A stretch of 19,554 nt of DNA from assembly GCA_043739185.1 (NCBI GenBank), contig JAYUEN010000105.1, forward strand, positions 1-19,554. The letters run 5' to 3'. Positions 17,205 through 19,554 of this stretch are shown piece after piece. The position numbers were made by a program, and so were the translations under genes. The stretch is from Bdellovibrionales bacterium (GTDB taxonomy: Bacteria > Bdellovibrionota > Bdellovibrionia > Bdellovibrionales > JAMPXM01). Every line of letters starts with the position of its first letter. The first letter of the stretch is position 1. The notes under the pieces were generated by a model, which was not told the DNA's origin, searched no databases, and saw only the letters and a program-made list of their open reading frames with translations.

Positions 17205-17585
17205 TCAGCTGGCTGAGCTATGGGTCTCTTCGATATAGCCGCGCAGATAGTTTTCGGCATGCACCAAATGCGCTTCAATATTCCCAATAACCTCTTTGCT
17301 TTTTGTTTTGGATTCAAAATTCTTCGGCGACTCAGCTTCTTGGCAAAACTCACTCAATTGAATGGCACCTATATTGAGGCTCGTTGCTTTCAAACTAAAT
17401 GCAGCAGCTATGAAGCGGTCGACAGAAGCACTCTGCAAGGCTGATCTCATGGTTTCAAAATCCTTGCGAGCAATTTCTAAAAAGACTTCAATGAGTTCAT
17501 GTACAAATTCAGGCCCCGCCAATCCCATTAAAGTATCAAGTCTTAATACAATCGCGCTTTCTTGCCTATTTTCAATTTTTTTCAT
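17205..17585 (-). CDS. Stand-alone HPt-fold protein lacking the canonical phospho-acceptor His
   Basis: L..L.G.EFV.ELIEVFL....D...MR.AL...(A)AFSLKATSLNIGA..LSE.C.E.E follows the HPt pattern AHxLKGSS..IGA..L...C..LE, but with H replaced by F. SD-like AGGGG upstream. Confidence 0.8.
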   Translation of the reverse strand: MKKIENRQESAIVLRLDTLMGLAGPEFVHELIEVFLEIARKDFETMRSALQSASVDRFIAAAFSLKATSLNIGAIQLSEFCQEAESPKNFESKTKSKEVIGNIEAHLVHAENYLRGYIEETHSSAS

Positions 17586-17625
17586 TTGGCCCCTGCCTAA
17601 ATGTAGTTCAAAGTCTGCCCCTATT

Positions 17626-17652
17626 TGTTCGGCTAAATGAATGCTAAAATGA
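17626..17652 (-). promoter_or_regulatory. Sigma28 (FliA)-like promoter
   Basis: Minus strand TCAT-N15-GCCGAACA, 40 nt upstream of the HPt-fold gene. The -35 match is weak. Confidence 0.4.
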
Positions 17653-17814
17653 AGGTCTTATAGCATTTTATCTTAGGACGTTTCGAATGGATGCAATTCA
17701 AAACGCTTTTAACTGGGCTTTGCCAGCAATACGTCCAATCCAGCCCAATTCCCGGCTTGAACATTTCTGGGATTTTTTGCATACTCCTTACGATTCATTT
17801 TATAAAGGGATTTT

Positions 17815-18999
17815 ATGTCTAAAAAAGATTTGTTTGGTGATGATGTTGTTAATGGGCAATCCGAAGATTTTGCTTCTTTATTTGAAAGTAGCCAAAAAAA
17901 CCAATTGCGAAAATTGCGGCCCGGCGATTCTTTCAAAGGCGAAATTTTATCAATTAATAAAGACAGTGTTTTTGTAAGCACCAATACTCCCACTGACGGA
18001 GTTTTGCCTTTTCGCGAAATATTAGATGATAAAGCTCAGCCAAAATTTAAAGTTGGAGAATCAATCGACGTTGTAGTTGTTCGCATTCGTCAAGATGAAA
18101 TTCTGCTTCGCTATAAAGGTGCTGGCTCATCTACTTCAGATGTCGATAATTTAGAAGACGCATTTGATATGGAGCTTCCGGTTGAAGGCAAAGTACTTGA
18201 AGCGGTAAAAGGAGGCTTTCGCGTTCAGATTCAGTCGCAAAAAGCTTTTTGTCCCATTAGCCAAATTGATCTCAAATTCGTAACCGACACGACCTCTTAC
18301 ATCGGGAATAAATATTCATTTATCATCACCCAATTCGATGCCCGCAATATCGTCGTTTCTCGTCGTAAAATTCTAGAGCTTGAAAAGGCTGAGCACGAGG
18401 GACAATTTCTCATCAATCATAAAGTTGGCGATATCCTCGATGGCACAATTAAGCGATTAGAAAAATTTGGAGCCTTTGTTGAGCTCGAGGGCGGTGTCGA
18501 AGGTCTCTGCCACATTTCTGAAATGGGATGGTCTCGAATTTCAGATCCAGGCGAAGTCGTCAGACTTGAGCAAGTCGTGAGCGTCAAAATTATTCGCGCC
18601 GAAGAAGAAAACTCGCGACTCAAAATATCACTATCAATCAAACAAGGCGGCGGAGAATCGGACCCATGGCTAAGTGTCACTCAAAAATTTGCAGTAGGAA
18701 CTACAGTTGATGGCACCATAGATAAAAAAGAGAGTTTTGGCTTTTTCGTAAAGATCGCCCCGGGCATTACAGGCCTCTTACCAAAATCAAAGTTAAAGGA
18801 CAGTCCCGAAGCTTCTGAATATGAAAACAAGAAAAAGGGCGATGTTATCAAAGTTCAAATCGACCAAATAATGTTTGAGGACAGAAAAATTGCGCTTCGA
18901 ATTCCTTCTGAAATTCCTGATGAATCTTGGCGTGCCCATCAGACCAATCAAAAGAGTTTTGGGACAATGGCCGATCTTTTTAAAGGACTTAAAAAGTAA
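17815..18999 (+). CDS. S1 RNA-binding domain protein (short, four-domain ribosomal protein S1-like)
   Basis: Four S1/OB repeats (GDSFKGEI; VEGKV...KGGFRV..AFCPISQID; GDILDGTI...FGAFVEL.GGVEGLCHISE; GTTVDGTI...FGFFV). Ends with the FGTMADLFK tail typical of S1 proteins. Confidence 0.93.
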   Translation: MSKKDLFGDDVVNGQSEDFASLFESSQKNQLRKLRPGDSFKGEILSINKDSVFVSTNTPTDGVLPFREILDDKAQPKFKVGESIDVVVVRIRQDEILLRYKGAGSSTSDVDNLEDAFDMELPVEGKVLEAVKGGFRVQIQSQKAFCPISQIDLKFVTDTTSYIGNKYSFIITQFDARNIVVSRRKILELEKAEHEGQFLINHKVGDILDGTIKRLEKFGAFVELEGGVEGLCHISEMGWSRISDPGEVVRLEQVVSVKIIRAEEENSRLKISLSIKQGGGESDPWLSVTQKFAVGTTVDGTIDKKESFGFFVKIAPGITGLLPKSKLKDSPEASEYENKKKGDVIKVQIDQIMFEDRKIALRIPSEIPDESWRAHQTNQKSFGTMADLFKGLKK

Positions 19000-19035
19000 G
19001 GACCCAAAGCCAGAATACAATGCCAATCTTGGGTT

Positions 19036-19440
19036 TTAGGCTGCTTTTTTGTCTTCTTCTAGGGGGACCGAGCGATTGACTGGCATGCGTTCAATGCTAT
19101 TACGCGCACTATAGGCAAAAAACAAATTTTGGTCCTCTTTCTTAACATAAAAAACCTTAATATTGTGTTCAACCATACGGGCTCTTGAAACCTTTGTAAA
19201 AACCGCGCCATTTTTTAAAAACAAGACGTGCTTTTGATTCACAGGCATATGCAAATAAATATCAAAATATAGCACGCGATCTTCTTCAAAATAATCAATT
19301 GAAACAGGGACCAAGTCTTCATCTATAAAATTTCGTGGCAAATCTTCTACAGGCAGAAATGCAAAAACAATTTCTTCTTTACCGAGTTGCTTTTCTATGG
19401 TGAATTGCGCTCGCTCTTTTGTCCATTTTTTAAAGGGCAC
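19036..19440 (-). CDS. Hypothetical protein, possibly the C-terminal part of a longer frameshifted gene
   Basis: 134-aa ORF from a GTG with no evident SD. The frame stays open 9 codons further upstream to tandem stops. The FDIYLHMPVNQKHVLFLKNG...FYVK segment looks like a folded domain. Confidence 0.65.
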   Translation of the reverse strand: MPFKKWTKERAQFTIEKQLGKEEIVFAFLPVEDLPRNFIDEDLVPVSIDYFEEDRVLYFDIYLHMPVNQKHVLFLKNGAVFTKVSRARMVEHNIKVFYVKKEDQNLFFAYSARNSIERMPVNRSVPLEEDKKAA

Positions 19441-19554
19441 AGTATCTAGCTTGAGTTCACGGCTAATTCATTATTGCGCCGCAAGATTTAATCCAATAAA
19501 CGAGAAAAGTTTTCTTTTGTCGTATCCAAAGTTTCGAATGGCTTGGGCGATTGT

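Noticed and set aside
19001..19037. Bidirectional terminator between the S1 gene and the last ORF (ACCCAA...TTGGGT)
   Set aside because: The stem is short with a large loop, so it is not convincing.
1..19554. CRISPR arrays, tRNA/rRNA genes, prophage or transposase genes
   Set aside because: No spaced direct repeats, cloverleaf or rRNA signatures, or integrase, transposase or phage motifs were seen. Intergenic gaps are all under 300 bp.

Overview
A gene-dense, AT-rich bacterial chromosomal window with 18 credible CDSs and no rRNA, tRNA, CRISPR array or transposase. Gene style suggests a Bdellovibrionota-like organism: secreted Cys-rich orphans, sigma28-like promoters and a short S1-domain protein (inference only). 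Recognisable genes encode a PTPS/QueD-fold enzyme with the Glu-type (PTPS-III) motif, a radical SAM/SPASM enzyme, a Fic/Doc protein, a GNAT acetyltransferase, a KimA/YdaO-like APC transporter, a DUF4337-like membrane protein, a TetR regulator, a chorismate-binding enzyme, a TetA-like MFS exporter, an S46 dipeptidyl peptidase, a pirin and a four-domain S1 RNA-binding protein. The most notable observations are: (1) a single-chain CxxCH cytochrome plus beta-barrel protein with a Cyc2-like N-terminal layout; (2) an HPt-fold protein whose phospho-acceptor His is replaced by Phe; (3) three FliA/sigma28-like promoters in front of two secreted orphans and the pseudo-HPt; (4) a 720-aa secreted protein with a glycine-zipper hydrophobic segment, a possible membrane-active effector; (5) a 105-bp MITE-like element with TTA target duplication; (6) an antitoxin-less Doc-like gene upstream of a coupled rSAM + PTPS-III pair.
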